In this document: positions 7,310 through 16,506 of the stretch, one piece after another
How the letters are laid out: each line of letters opens with the position of its first letter
How positions within the stretch are numbered: position 1 is the stretch's first letter
Source of the DNA: Aquifex aeolicus VF5
GTDB taxonomy: Bacteria; Aquificota; Aquificia; Aquificales; Aquificaceae
Assembly: GCF_000008625.1 (NCBI RefSeq)
Contig: NC_000918.1
Coordinates: forward strand, 390,001-422,000
Direction: 5' to 3'
DNA: 32,000 nt
Program-made: the position numbers and the translations under genes
The notes under the pieces: generated by a model
The model's input: only the letters and a program-made list of their open reading frames with translations
Database searches by the model: none
What the model was told of the DNA's origin: nothing

Positions 7310-9423
7310 AGGTTATGCACATATTATTCTTGATTATATTGGCTTTTGCCTTTGCTGAAGATACAATACCCATAAAAAATATCACGGGAAGTGGAAGTAT
7401 AAGTGTTTATAAAGATGGAAAAGTTTTTCACTATAAAATACTTGAGTATTTTGATGAAAGAAAGAAAACTCTTAAAGCATACGTTGTACGTGAGAGTATT
7501 GAAGAAAAAAAATTACACTATGGTAATTTTACTATTATCAATGCCGATTTTCAAAACTTAAAGTTAGCAACTATTTTAATTTCTCTGTCAAAAATAGCTA
7601 ATTTAAACATAGTATTCAGTAAAGAGCTTTGGAAAAGTAGACAAGAAAAGTTCGAACCATCGAAAGAATATAGGGAAGAAGAAGGTTCTTTACTACGGAA
7701 AGAAAAAGGTTTTTTACTCCAATTTTCTACACTTCCAAGAAAAGTAAAAGTAACAAGAAAAGAACCTGTACAGGAAAAGGAAGAATACAGAATCCCTTCT
7801 TATCTTCTACATAATGTCTCGCTAATTATTAACTCCCCTACGCCGGGTTATACACTTTTTACTCTTTTTGATACTTTATTACGGGAATACGATCTTATCG
7901 CTGTAAAGCTTTCAAATAATCTAATAAAAATATCAAAAAAGGAAACATTAGCATTTGATGTAGAAGGTGTTGACCAATCTTCTATTAATAAACTGATTTC
8001 GAAGATAAAGCAATATACTTCTCCTTCGGCGAAAGTCTTATACGACAAGGATTTGGGAAAAATCATGGTCATTGATATGGCAGAAAACATAGAAAAGCTA
8101 AGAGATTTGAGAGTAGATTTAATAGAACTTTTAATGTCTAGGGAAACTACCCCAGGTGAAAAGGAAAAGTCCAAGGAAACTACCCCACGTGAAATTGAAA
8201 CTAAGGTTTTTTACTTCAAGAATAAAAGAGATTTAGAAATAGCCTTAAGTAGATTGAAGGAAAATTTTTCGGGAGAAGTAATCCTAAATATAGACAAAGA
8301 CTTTAATGCCATTATAGTAACAAGTAATAGATCGGTAATAAAATCTGTCGGCACTCTGCTTAAAGATTTGACGGAAAGTATCGATAAAGCTTATTTGATT
8401 ACCAAGATTTTCTATGTTAGATATATTTCCCCTTACGAACTTAAAAAGAAAATAGAACCTATGCTTTCCGAGGTTGGAGAAGTATACACGTTGAGCGTTT
8501 CGAACACAGATGAAAAGAAAGAATTAATAAGCTATAAAAATACTCCTCCAGCTACCGCTTTTAACGAAGGAACTTTGGAGAAAGAAAAAGCATTTTTTGT
8601 TCCGTTTAACAACGCAATTCTCATAAAGGATTACCCTGAAAGGATAGAAAAAATCAGAGAAAAATTTAAAAAGTTTCTATCGGAAAAGCCTATAAAGATA
8701 AAGATAAGGGCAAAGCTCGTGGAAGTAGAAAAGAGCTTACTGAGGGAGCTTGGAATTTCATGGAGAACGGTATTTTCAAAAGCTTACATTCCAGAATTCT
8801 GGCAGGGAGAAACCGCATTCAGAACTGTTACTCCCGGACAACCACAAAGCGGTCTGCTAACATTTACCTTTCAGAGAAACAGATTGAACTTACTTGAATT
8901 TAAACTTCTCGCTTACGAACAAGAAGGAAGGGCAAAGAATGTTGCAGAGTCTTACGTAATTACGGTTAACGGAGAACCTGCTGTAATATCAAGCGGTTTG
9001 GAATTCCCGGTAACGGAGGTTTCACTTTCAGGAGGGATAGCAAATGTGGAGCCTAAGTACGAGAGCATCCCTATAGTACTTATAACCACTCCCGTAGTGC
9101 TTCCCGATGGAAACATACTTCTGAGTGTTTACTTGGCGAGAAGGCAGATAAATTCCGTTCAGGAGTTTCCGGTGACTCAGACTTTAACCCAAAAAATTCC
9201 TGTCTTTTCTACTTCACGGATAGACGTAAAGATACCTATTAAAAACGGTGAAACTGTAGTAATAGGTGGGGCTGTCGAAAAGTCAGATTCAATAACGGAA
9301 AGCGGAGTACCAAAACTCAGAGAGGTTCCGCTACTTGGCTGGCTCTTCAAAACGCAGACTAAACAACTCAGGGACAGGGAACTGTTAATCTTCATAACGC
9401 CGGAAATAATAGAGGAAGATTAA
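7306..9423 (+). CDS. pilQ: Outer-membrane secretin (PilQ/GspD family)
   Basis: Signal peptide MKVMHILFLIILAFAFA. There are several secretin-N-like modules (e.g. TKVFYFKNKRDLEIALSRL...NAIIVTSNRSVIKSV). The C-terminal secretin domain ends in GVPKLREVPLLGWLFK...RELLIFITPEII. Confidence 0.85.
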   Translation: MKVMHILFLIILAFAFAEDTIPIKNITGSGSISVYKDGKVFHYKILEYFDERKKTLKAYVVRESIEEKKLHYGNFTIINADFQNLKLATILISLSKIANLNIVFSKELWKSRQEKFEPSKEYREEEGSLLRKEKGFLLQFSTLPRKVKVTRKEPVQEKEEYRIPSYLLHNVSLIINSPTPGYTLFTLFDTLLREYDLIAVKLSNNLIKISKKETLAFDVEGVDQSSINKLISKIKQYTSPSAKVLYDKDLGKIMVIDMAENIEKLRDLRVDLIELLMSRETTPGEKEKSKETTPREIETKVFYFKNKRDLEIALSRLKENFSGEVILNIDKDFNAIIVTSNRSVIKSVGTLLKDLTESIDKAYLITKIFYVRYISPYELKKKIEPMLSEVGEVYTLSVSNTDEKKELISYKNTPPATAFNEGTLEKEKAFFVPFNNAILIKDYPERIEKIREKFKKFLSEKPIKIKIRAKLVEVEKSLLRELGISWRTVFSKAYIPEFWQGETAFRTVTPGQPQSGLLTFTFQRNRLNLLEFKLLAYEQEGRAKNVAESYVITVNGEPAVISSGLEFPVTEVSLSGGIANVEPKYESIPIVLITTPVVLPDGNILLSVYLARRQINSVQEFPVTQTLTQKIPVFSTSRIDVKIPIKNGETVVIGGAVEKSDSITESGVPKLREVPLLGWLFKTQTKQLRDRELLIFITPEIIEED

Positions 9424-10712
9424 AGGGAGGAAAGTTTTGAAAGTATCTTTTCCCTCCACTTTCTCGCCTTTGCGAAAATTTCTTCCTGATCCACTGTTTT
9501 AAGTTCCCTCTTTTCCATTAAAACCTTTCCCTTACATATGACTGTGTCTATACACTCGCTGTTTGCGGAGTAAACGAACTGAGAAATAGGATCGTAAAGC
9601 GGCTGAAACTCGGGAAAATCTGTATCTACAAGTATTAAATCCGCTTCGTAGCCTTCCTCTACCTTTCCTGCCTTTATTCCCGCAACCTTAAAGCCGTTTT
9701 CCGTTGCAATTTTTAAAGCTGTTCCGGCGTCTATCGCTTTTGCATCCAGGTTATAGCCCTTGTGGAATTTTGCACAGGTGGAAGTCTCTTCAAGCATGTT
9801 CAAGTTGTCGTTGGAAGCGGCACCGTCTGTGCCGAGCGTGACGGTTATTCCTCTTTTCACATAATCGGGTACGGGAGCTATACCGGATGCCAATTTCAAG
9901 TTACTTTCTGGACAGTGGGCTATTTTTACGTCTCTTTCTTTCAGTATTTCCCTTTCTTTTTCAGTGGTCCACACCATGTGCGCACACAGGACGTTTTTGT
10001 CTAGAAATCCTATGCTCTCTAAGTGTTCTACGGGAGTTTTTCCGTACTGCTCCTTTATCCTTTCAACTTCCTCTTTCGTTTCCGCAACGTGTATGTGGAG
10101 AAGCAATCCGTATTCGTCCGCCAGTTCCTTTGCCATTCTTAACGTATTCGGTGAACAGGTGTAGGGAGCGTGAGGGCATATTACGGGAAATACGAGTTCT
10201 CTGTTCTTAAACTCCTCTGCAAACTTTCTGGCTCTCTGTATGTACTCCTCGGGTGTTTTTGCCACTTTTGTCGGAAAGTCGAGGATTCCGAAACCGAGTC
10301 CCGCCCTTATCCCAACATCTTCACATGCCTCCGCCACAGCCTCTTCAAAGAAGTACATATCCATAAAGAGCGTAGTTCCGCTCCTTATTGACTCCACTAT
10401 ACCCAGGAGTGCCCCGTCTTTGACAAATTCAGGGGAAACGAACTCTCCCTCTAAGGGCCATATTACTTTTTGGAGCCAGTCGTGAAGGGGAAGGTCCGCT
10501 CCAAGACCTCTCAGAAGAGTCATTGAGATGTGTGTGTGCATATTAGCAAAGGAAGGAAAAGCTATCTTGCCCTTCCCGTTTATCGTGTACTTTGCTTCGC
10601 CCACGATGTTTTTCCCTATCTTTTCTATCTTTCCGTCTTTTACCGCTATGTCCCACTCTCCTTCCTTTTCTGGAATCAGGACGTTTTTTATCAAAAGATC
10701 GTACTTCTCCAT
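9420..10712 (-). CDS. mtaD: Amidohydrolase-superfamily deaminase, most like 5-methylthioadenosine/S-adenosylhomocysteine deaminase
   Basis: 430 aa with FANMHTHISMTLLRG (HxH metal site), HIHVAET and GTDGAASNDNLNM. Confidence 0.75.
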   Translation of the reverse strand: MEKYDLLIKNVLIPEKEGEWDIAVKDGKIEKIGKNIVGEAKYTINGKGKIAFPSFANMHTHISMTLLRGLGADLPLHDWLQKVIWPLEGEFVSPEFVKDGALLGIVESIRSGTTLFMDMYFFEEAVAEACEDVGIRAGLGFGILDFPTKVAKTPEEYIQRARKFAEEFKNRELVFPVICPHAPYTCSPNTLRMAKELADEYGLLLHIHVAETKEEVERIKEQYGKTPVEHLESIGFLDKNVLCAHMVWTTEKEREILKERDVKIAHCPESNLKLASGIAPVPDYVKRGITVTLGTDGAASNDNLNMLEETSTCAKFHKGYNLDAKAIDAGTALKIATENGFKVAGIKAGKVEEGYEADLILVDTDFPEFQPLYDPISQFVYSANSECIDTVICKGKVLMEKRELKTVDQEEIFAKARKWREKILSKLSSL

Positions 10713-10745
10713 AGGGGATAATTTTAAACTGCTAAAATTCTAAGT

Positions 10746-12107
10746 ATGAAAATACTTATACTGAGTGGGGGAAAGGGAACTAGACTGTGGCCACTTTCTA
10801 GGGAAAACTTCCCCAAGCAGTTCATAAGGTTGTTTTCAAAACACTCCCTCTTTCAAGAAACCGTAAAAAGAGCGAAAAAGCTCGCAAAAGACGAGGATAT
10901 AGTTGTTATAACGGGAGAAAAGTACGAGTGGATTATCAGAAGTGAACTTGAAGAGATAGATGCCAACGAAGTTCGGGTGGTGGTAGAACCGGAGGGCAGA
11001 AACACAGCTCCCGCCATAGCCTTGGGAGTAAAGTACCTGATCCACAGCGAAACACCGCCTTCCGAGACCGTTCTAGTTCTTCCCTCCGATCACCTGATAA
11101 AAGACACGGAAAAGTTCGTAGAAGCGGTAAAAAAGGGAGAAAAGTATGCAAAGGAGGGATACATAGTACTCTTCGGAGAAAAACCCACTTACCCTGAAAC
11201 GGGATACGGATACATAAGGCTTAACGGAAAGCTAGAAGAAGGAGTTTACGAGATAGAGAAGTTTGAAGAAAAACCTGACTACGAAAAAGCTAAAGAGTAC
11301 GTATCCGACGGGAAGCACTTCTGGAACTGCGGGATATTCCTCTTCACCCTTGACAGAATAGTAAAAGACTACACTCAGTTAATGCCCGAAATTCCCTTCC
11401 ACGAGAAGTGGGAAGACTTTATTAAAGACTTTAAAAACTTTGAAGAAATTTCCTTTGATTACGCAATACTCGAACGGACGAAGAAGCTCGCCGTTGTAAA
11501 AATGGATGCCGGATGGAGTGACGTGGGTTCCTGGAAGGCGGTTTACGACAACTTGCCCAAAGACGAAAAGAGGAACGTCCTGATAGGTGATGTAAAGGCT
11601 ATGGATACTGAGTGTTCCCTCCTTCTCTCTCAAGGGAAAAACTTAATCGCGTGCATAGGACTTGAGGACTTCGTGGTGGTTGGGACTGAGGACGCCACGC
11701 TTATAGTGAAGAGGGATTACTCTCAGAAGGTAAAAGAAATAGTAAAGGAACTCGAAGAGGAAAATGACGAGAGAGCAATAGAGCACGTGACTTCCTTCAC
11801 ACCTTTCGGGAGTATAACCAAACTCGATAGAGGCGAAAGGTACAAGATAAGAAAAGTAGTTGTAAAAAAGGATAAGGAAATACCTTTGAGGATGCACCAC
11901 CACAGAACTGTTCACTTCGTCGTCCTTAAGGGAACAGCGAAAGTAAAGGTAGGGGATAAGGAGGAGTTCGTCCACGAGAACGAGAGTTTCTTCGTTCCTA
12001 AATCAACACCCTATAAAATAATAAACGTCGGGAAAATTCCCCTTGAGATGATAGAAGTTCAAAGCGGTGAATACTTAGGAGAGGACGATGTTGAAACACT
12101 TGAGTGA
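10746..12107 (+). CDS. manC: Mannose-1-phosphate guanylyltransferase / mannose-6-phosphate isomerase (bifunctional, type II PMI)
   Basis: LSGGKGTRLWPLSR nucleotidyltransferase motif, GYGYI and WSDVGSW. The C-terminal cupin contains HHHRTVHFVVLKG. Confidence 0.9.
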   Translation: MKILILSGGKGTRLWPLSRENFPKQFIRLFSKHSLFQETVKRAKKLAKDEDIVVITGEKYEWIIRSELEEIDANEVRVVVEPEGRNTAPAIALGVKYLIHSETPPSETVLVLPSDHLIKDTEKFVEAVKKGEKYAKEGYIVLFGEKPTYPETGYGYIRLNGKLEEGVYEIEKFEEKPDYEKAKEYVSDGKHFWNCGIFLFTLDRIVKDYTQLMPEIPFHEKWEDFIKDFKNFEEISFDYAILERTKKLAVVKMDAGWSDVGSWKAVYDNLPKDEKRNVLIGDVKAMDTECSLLLSQGKNLIACIGLEDFVVVGTEDATLIVKRDYSQKVKEIVKELEEENDERAIEHVTSFTPFGSITKLDRGERYKIRKVVVKKDKEIPLRMHHHRTVHFVVLKGTAKVKVGDKEEFVHENESFFVPKSTPYKIINVGKIPLEMIEVQSGEYLGEDDVETLE

Positions 12108-13089
12108 AAAGTTCATCTACTACATGGCGGAGTACTTCTTTGAGTTTGAAAAGAGGAAACACTACTACAAGCTCGCCAACAACCTTTACAACTCCTACCT
12201 GAAGGGCAAAAAGTTCAACAGGAGTTTATTGAAGAAAGTAAAGGAGGACCTGAACCTCTGGATAGATAATCCGAACCAGATACAGGTTTACTCAAGGTTT
12301 TTAAACGAAGTAGAAAAGGAAGGAGTCAAGAGTTTCGGGGAAGGTTTGGCGATAATACCGCTTATTAACCTCTACAGAGAGGTGTGGAGGGAGCTGGAAG
12401 AAGAACAGAACAAAGTGGAAAAACTCAGAGAGTACATCTTAAAGCTGGACTCCTGTGAGATATGCACGAGAGGACTCGAAGGGGAAGAATTTTTTAACTG
12501 CCTTACACAAAACGTGGACTTTTTAACAGCGACCCATATAGCGAACTTCTTCTTTGAAGAGGAATTCCTTCCCCTGAATGAGGAAATCGCCCAGATTTTG
12601 AACATCAGTAAAGAGAATTACTTTGAAGTTATAAAGAAGTTAAAGGGGGCAAACCTTAAAAACTTGTACGGAGCACTCTACGTTTTACTCCAGAGGGACA
12701 GCGTTAAGGTAAACCATGTAAAGAGACTCCTCGGTATAAGCAGGGAGGCAGAACTACTGAAAGAAGCCCAATACGCGTGGAATACGGGAGACTTTTACAG
12801 GGCACACGAAATACTGGAAGAGGTATGGGGATTATTTAAAAACGAGGAGATAAAGAAGTGCTACAGGGGGCTCATAAGGGCGGCTATTGCCCTACACAGG
12901 TTCAAGGAAGGAAACCCGCAATCAGGTGCAAACGTTGTAAAACAAGCCCTTCTTGACATGGCAAACTGCCCGGACAACTTCAGGGGGATAAATTTGGGAG
13001 AGATAAGGGCTTACTTGGAAGAGGTGTTGGGAACCAAGGAGATTGGAAATCCGCCGGAATTGAAGTATAATATTAAATCTGAGGAGTAG
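12088..13089 (+). CDS. Hypothetical protein with a C-terminal DUF309-like helical domain
   Basis: 333 aa. The C-terminal segment FYRAHEILEEVWG...YRGLIRAAIALHRFKEGNPQSGA resembles DUF309. It overlaps the manC 3' end by 20 nt. Confidence 0.55.
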   Translation: MLKHLSEKFIYYMAEYFFEFEKRKHYYKLANNLYNSYLKGKKFNRSLLKKVKEDLNLWIDNPNQIQVYSRFLNEVEKEGVKSFGEGLAIIPLINLYREVWRELEEEQNKVEKLREYILKLDSCEICTRGLEGEEFFNCLTQNVDFLTATHIANFFFEEEFLPLNEEIAQILNISKENYFEVIKKLKGANLKNLYGALYVLLQRDSVKVNHVKRLLGISREAELLKEAQYAWNTGDFYRAHEILEEVWGLFKNEEIKKCYRGLIRAAIALHRFKEGNPQSGANVVKQALLDMANCPDNFRGINLGEIRAYLEEVLGTKEIGNPPELKYNIKSEE

Positions 13090-13165
13090 GCGGCGTAGCT
13101 CAGCTGGTCAGAGCGGGGATCTCATAAGTCCCAGGTCGGAGGTTCGAGTCCTCCCGCCGCCACCA
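13089..13165 (+). tRNA. tRNA with anticodon CAT (elongator Met or lysidine-modified Ile2), CCA encoded
   Basis: Hand-folded 77-nt cloverleaf. Acceptor GGCGGCG/CGCCGCC, D stem GCTC/GAGC, anticodon stem GGGAT/GTCCC with loop CTCATAA, T arm GGAGG-TTCGAGT-CCTCC, discriminator A, then CCA. The G1-C72 pair argues against an initiator. Confidence 0.93.
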
Positions 13166-13185
13166 AATCCTTTAAAATCTTTCTC

Positions 13186-14499
13186 ATGTTCGGTCTAATC
13201 CAGAAACACAAGAGAATTGCCGTAATAATAGTTACCCTTGCGTCTTTATCCTTCCTCTTCTGGATGTTCTCGGTCTCGGACGTAAAGCAGATGCTCACAG
13301 GAAATCCTTGTGTCGCAACAGTAGGAGATGAGTGTATAACTCTCAGGGAGTATAGATTTGAACTCTTAAAGTACTCAAATTTCCTTCAGGACGAAAGAAC
13401 TGAAAAACTCGCAAGGAGAGTGGCTTTAAATTCTCTTATCACTAAAGAAGTTTTGTACTTAAAAGCTAAAGAACTCGGCTGGTACGTATCGGATGAGGAA
13501 GTTGTGGAAGTAATTAAAAACGACGAAAACTTCAAAGAAAAGGGTAAGTTTTCCGTGGAGAAGTACAGGGAAACCTTAAATAGATTTGGACTAACCCCTG
13601 CGGAGTATGAGGAAATCGTAAGGAAAAGCTTAATGGCTCAGAGAGTTTTAAACTTTTTAAGGGAAGGCGTTTACGTTCTTCCCGACGAACTGGACATTCA
13701 GAAAAGGTTTTACTCCCTTCGTGTAGAGGGAAAGCTTTACCTGATAAAGCCTTCGGACGTAAAAGTAGATTACGAGCCAAGCGAAGAAGAAATCAAAGAA
13801 TATTACGAAAAGAATAAGGAAAAGTTTAAGGAAGAAGAAAAGGAAGTTGTGTACGTCTGGAGCTTAAAAGACAAGGAAAAGGTGAAGGAATACTATGAAA
13901 ACCTGAAGAAGGGAAGTATTCCTTCAGGCTACACGGAGTTCAACGAAAATCTCCCGCCAAAAGTTAAGGAAGCAGTAAAGGAACTCAATCAAGAAAATAG
14001 GATAAAAGTGGTAAGAGTAGGCGAGAATTACTACCTCCTTTACTACAAAGGAAAGGAAAATGCTGGCTACAAACCTCTGGAAGAGGTGAAGGAAGAAATA
14101 AAGAAAGAACTCGTAGCTAAAAAACAGAGGGAAAAATTGAAGGAGTTTGCACAGGAAGTGTTTAAAAACTTGAAAGAAGGGAAAGAAGTCGGGGTAAAAC
14201 CACTTGCATTCTCTTCCGCAAGCCTTGAGGAAATACAACGAATACTTATGGTGGAGCAGAAGGATTTACTTAATTTGGTTTTCGGGAAAGAAAAGGTTTA
14301 TGGACCTTACCCTTCGCTTGCGGGGTACGGAATACTGGTAGTTAAAAACAGGAAGTTTGAAGAATTAAAACCTGAGCAGGTAAAGGAAATTGAAAGGGAA
14401 CTTAAAGACAACAAGTTTAACGACCTTGCTGGGCTTTTCGTAGAAAAGTTGATAAAAGAGTACGGAGTGAAAGTGAACGAACAACTGGCAGGGATTTAG
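13186..14499 (+). CDS. PpiD/SurA-like membrane-anchored periplasmic chaperone
   Basis: N-terminal anchor [19 protein letters not shown] followed by a SurA-N-like helical region. A weak parvulin-like tail is present ([16 protein letters not shown]). Confidence 0.55.
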   Translation: MFGLIQKHKRIAVIIVTLASLSFLFWMFSVSDVKQMLTGNPCVATVGDECITLREYRFELLKYSNFLQDERTEKLARRVALNSLITKEVLYLKAKELGWYVSDEEVVEVIKNDENFKEKGKFSVEKYRETLNRFGLTPAEYEEIVRKSLMAQRVLNFLREGVYVLPDELDIQKRFYSLRVEGKLYLIKPSDVKVDYEPSEEEIKEYYEKNKEKFKEEEKEVVYVWSLKDKEKVKEYYENLKKGSIPSGYTEFNENLPPKVKEAVKELNQENRIKVVRVGENYYLLYYKGKENAGYKPLEEVKEEIKKELVAKKQREKLKEFAQEVFKNLKEGKEVGVKPLAFSSASLEEIQRILMVEQKDLLNLVFGKEKVYGPYPSLAGYGILVVKNRKFEELKPEQVKEIERELKDNKFNDLAGLFVEKLIKEYGVKVNEQLAGI

Positions 14500-16211
14500 T
14501 ACTTTCTCTCTTCTGGTTTGTACTTTGTTATCCTTACGGGAATGTATTCAAGCTTTAAATTGCCGTTTTTGTCGTAATAGACGAGGGAGTGTTTTAAGAA
14601 GTTTTTGTCGTCTCTCTGGGGATAGTCCTCTCTGGAATGTCCGCCTCTTGACTCCCTTCTGTGGAGGGCGGAGTATGCAACCACCCTCGCGAGTTCGAGC
14701 ATGTTTCTTAGCTCAAGAACTTCTATCAGGTTAGTGTTAAAGACTTTTGCTTTGTCAACGACAGGTATGTTGTTCCACCTTTCTAGGAGTTCCGAGAGTT
14801 CATCGTAGGCTTCTTTTAAGGACTTTTCATCTCTGAATATTCCCATTTTTGCCCAGGTTATTTCACCCATCTGGGCACGCACCTGAGCCAAGCTTTCATT
14901 TCCTTCCCTCTTCATCAATTCCTCTATAAATTCCTCAGATTTTTTTGGTTCACTTTCGCTTACTGGGGCAAAATCCGTTTCTTTTACGAATTCCCTTACA
15001 GCCATTCCGCAGTACTTTCCAAAAACTACGAGTTCAGTGAGTGAGTTTCCTCCGAGTCTGTTTGCCCCGTGCACGGAAACGCAGGCACACTCGCCTACCG
15101 CGTAAAGGCCCTTCAACGGAGTTTCAGAGGTTTTGTAATTCTCAACGTGAATACCACCCATACAGTAGTGGGCAGAAGGTCTTATCGGAACGAGTTCCTT
15201 TGCGGGATCTACACCTTCAAAGTCTATGGCGAGCTGTCTTACCTGAGGAAGCCTTTCCTTTATTTTCTCTTCTCCTAGGTGTCTTAAATCCAGGTAAACA
15301 TAGGCCCTCGCTCCTTCGCCGACTCCCCTTCCTTCTCTTATCTCTGTTTCTATTGCCCTTGAGACTATGTCCCTCGGGGCGAGCTCCATTTTGTCTGGAG
15401 CGTATCTCTTCATAAACCTTTCCCCTTCTTTGTTAAGGAGGTATCCGCCTTCTCCCCTGCAGGCTTCTGATAAGAGTATTCCCGTTTTTGCGAGTCCGGT
15501 GGGGTGGAACTGGATAAATTCCATGTCCTTCAATGGAACTCCTGCTCTCAGGGCTACCGCCTGTCCGTCTCCCGTGTTTCCTATTGCATTTGTGCTCCTG
15601 AACCAGTAAATCCTTGCAAAACCCCCAGTTGCAAGAACTACAGCCTTCGCTTGTAAAAATAAAACTTCACCGTTCCTGATATCGTAAATCGTTACACCCT
15701 TTACCCTCTCTCCGTCGTGGATGAGGTCCAGGAGAAAGTACTCGTTGAAAAAGGTAATGTTGTCCCTTGCAAGTGCCTGTTCAAATAAGGTGTGAAGGAG
15801 AACGTGCCCCGTTTTGTCCGCAGCAAACACGGTTCTTGGGAAGGAAGCCCCACCGAAAGGTCTCTGGGCAATTCTGCCGTCGGGCAGTCTCGAAAAGGGA
15901 ACTCCCCACCTGTCCAGCTCGTATATAATCTCCGGGGCTTTTTCGGTCATAAAGAAAACCGCATCCTGATCCGCCAAAAAGTCGGAACCCTTTATCGTGT
16001 CGTAGGCATGAACTTCAGGGCTGTCGTCGGGGATTACGTTTCCGAGAGCTGCGTTCATTCCGCCCTGTGCGGCTCCCGTGTGGGAACGGGTCGGGTAAAC
16101 CTTTGAAACGAGAGCAACGCTTATATTCGGATCTTTCGCCACTTCTATTGCGGTTCTCAGTCCGGCACCACCGCCGCCGATAACTACTACGTCGTATTTC
16201 TTAATTTCCAT
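14496..16211 (-). CDS. sdhA: Succinate dehydrogenase / fumarate reductase flavoprotein subunit
   Basis: [13 protein letters not shown] (FAD), [15 protein letters not shown] (covalent-FAD His), [15 protein letters not shown] and [14 protein letters not shown]. Confidence 0.93.
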   Translation of the reverse strand: MEIKKYDVVVIGGGGAGLRTAIEVAKDPNISVALVSKVYPTRSHTGAAQGGMNAALGNVIPDDSPEVHAYDTIKGSDFLADQDAVFFMTEKAPEIIYELDRWGVPFSRLPDGRIAQRPFGGASFPRTVFAADKTGHVLLHTLFEQALARDNITFFNEYFLLDLIHDGERVKGVTIYDIRNGEVLFLQAKAVVLATGGFARIYWFRSTNAIGNTGDGQAVALRAGVPLKDMEFIQFHPTGLAKTGILLSEACRGEGGYLLNKEGERFMKRYAPDKMELAPRDIVSRAIETEIREGRGVGEGARAYVYLDLRHLGEEKIKERLPQVRQLAIDFEGVDPAKELVPIRPSAHYCMGGIHVENYKTSETPLKGLYAVGECACVSVHGANRLGGNSLTELVVFGKYCGMAVREFVKETDFAPVSESEPKKSEEFIEELMKREGNESLAQVRAQMGEITWAKMGIFRDEKSLKEAYDELSELLERWNNIPVVDKAKVFNTNLIEVLELRNMLELARVVAYSALHRRESRGGHSREDYPQRDDKNFLKHSLVYYDKNGNLKLEYIPVRITKYKPEERKY

Positions 16212-16238
16212 AACAATATTTTAAGATACAGCGTCTAG

Positions 16239-16355
16239 CTACCTGCTGTTCTTTATTTGCCTGTTTACAAGGTATATAATCGTGCCTCCCACGATTAAGG
16301 AAAAAACAAGGATAAGTGTAAATACAATAAAGAGAGCTTTGTCAACTTCACTCAT
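16239..16355 (-). CDS. Candidate 38-aa single-TM peptide (speculative)
   Basis: Manual translation gives MSEVDKALFIVFTLILVFSLIVGGTIIYLVNRQIKNSR. An AGGTGG lies 14 nt upstream of the ATG. It is too short for the ORF track. Confidence 0.2.
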   Translation of the reverse strand: MSEVDKALFIVFTLILVFSLIVGGTIIYLVNRQIKNSR

Positions 16356-16437
16356 CTCTTTTTAATTTACCACCTAAGTTGATAATATTGAACTCTAGAA
16401 GTAGTAGTATCAAAGAAATTATTAATCCGTAGAGCAT
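16348..16437 (-). CDS. Candidate 29-aa hydrophobic peptide (speculative)
   Basis: Manual translation gives MLYGLIISLILLLLEFNIINLGGKLKRDE. Its stop overlaps the start of the 38-aa candidate (ATGAGTGA). Confidence 0.15.
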   Translation of the reverse strand: MLYGLIISLILLLLEFNIINLGGKLKRDE

Positions 16438-16506
16438 CAAACCAAAATTGGGTTTATTCGTAGCAAAAAGTATTTTCCTAATTCTGTGAGAGCATCCTTA
16501 CTAAAT

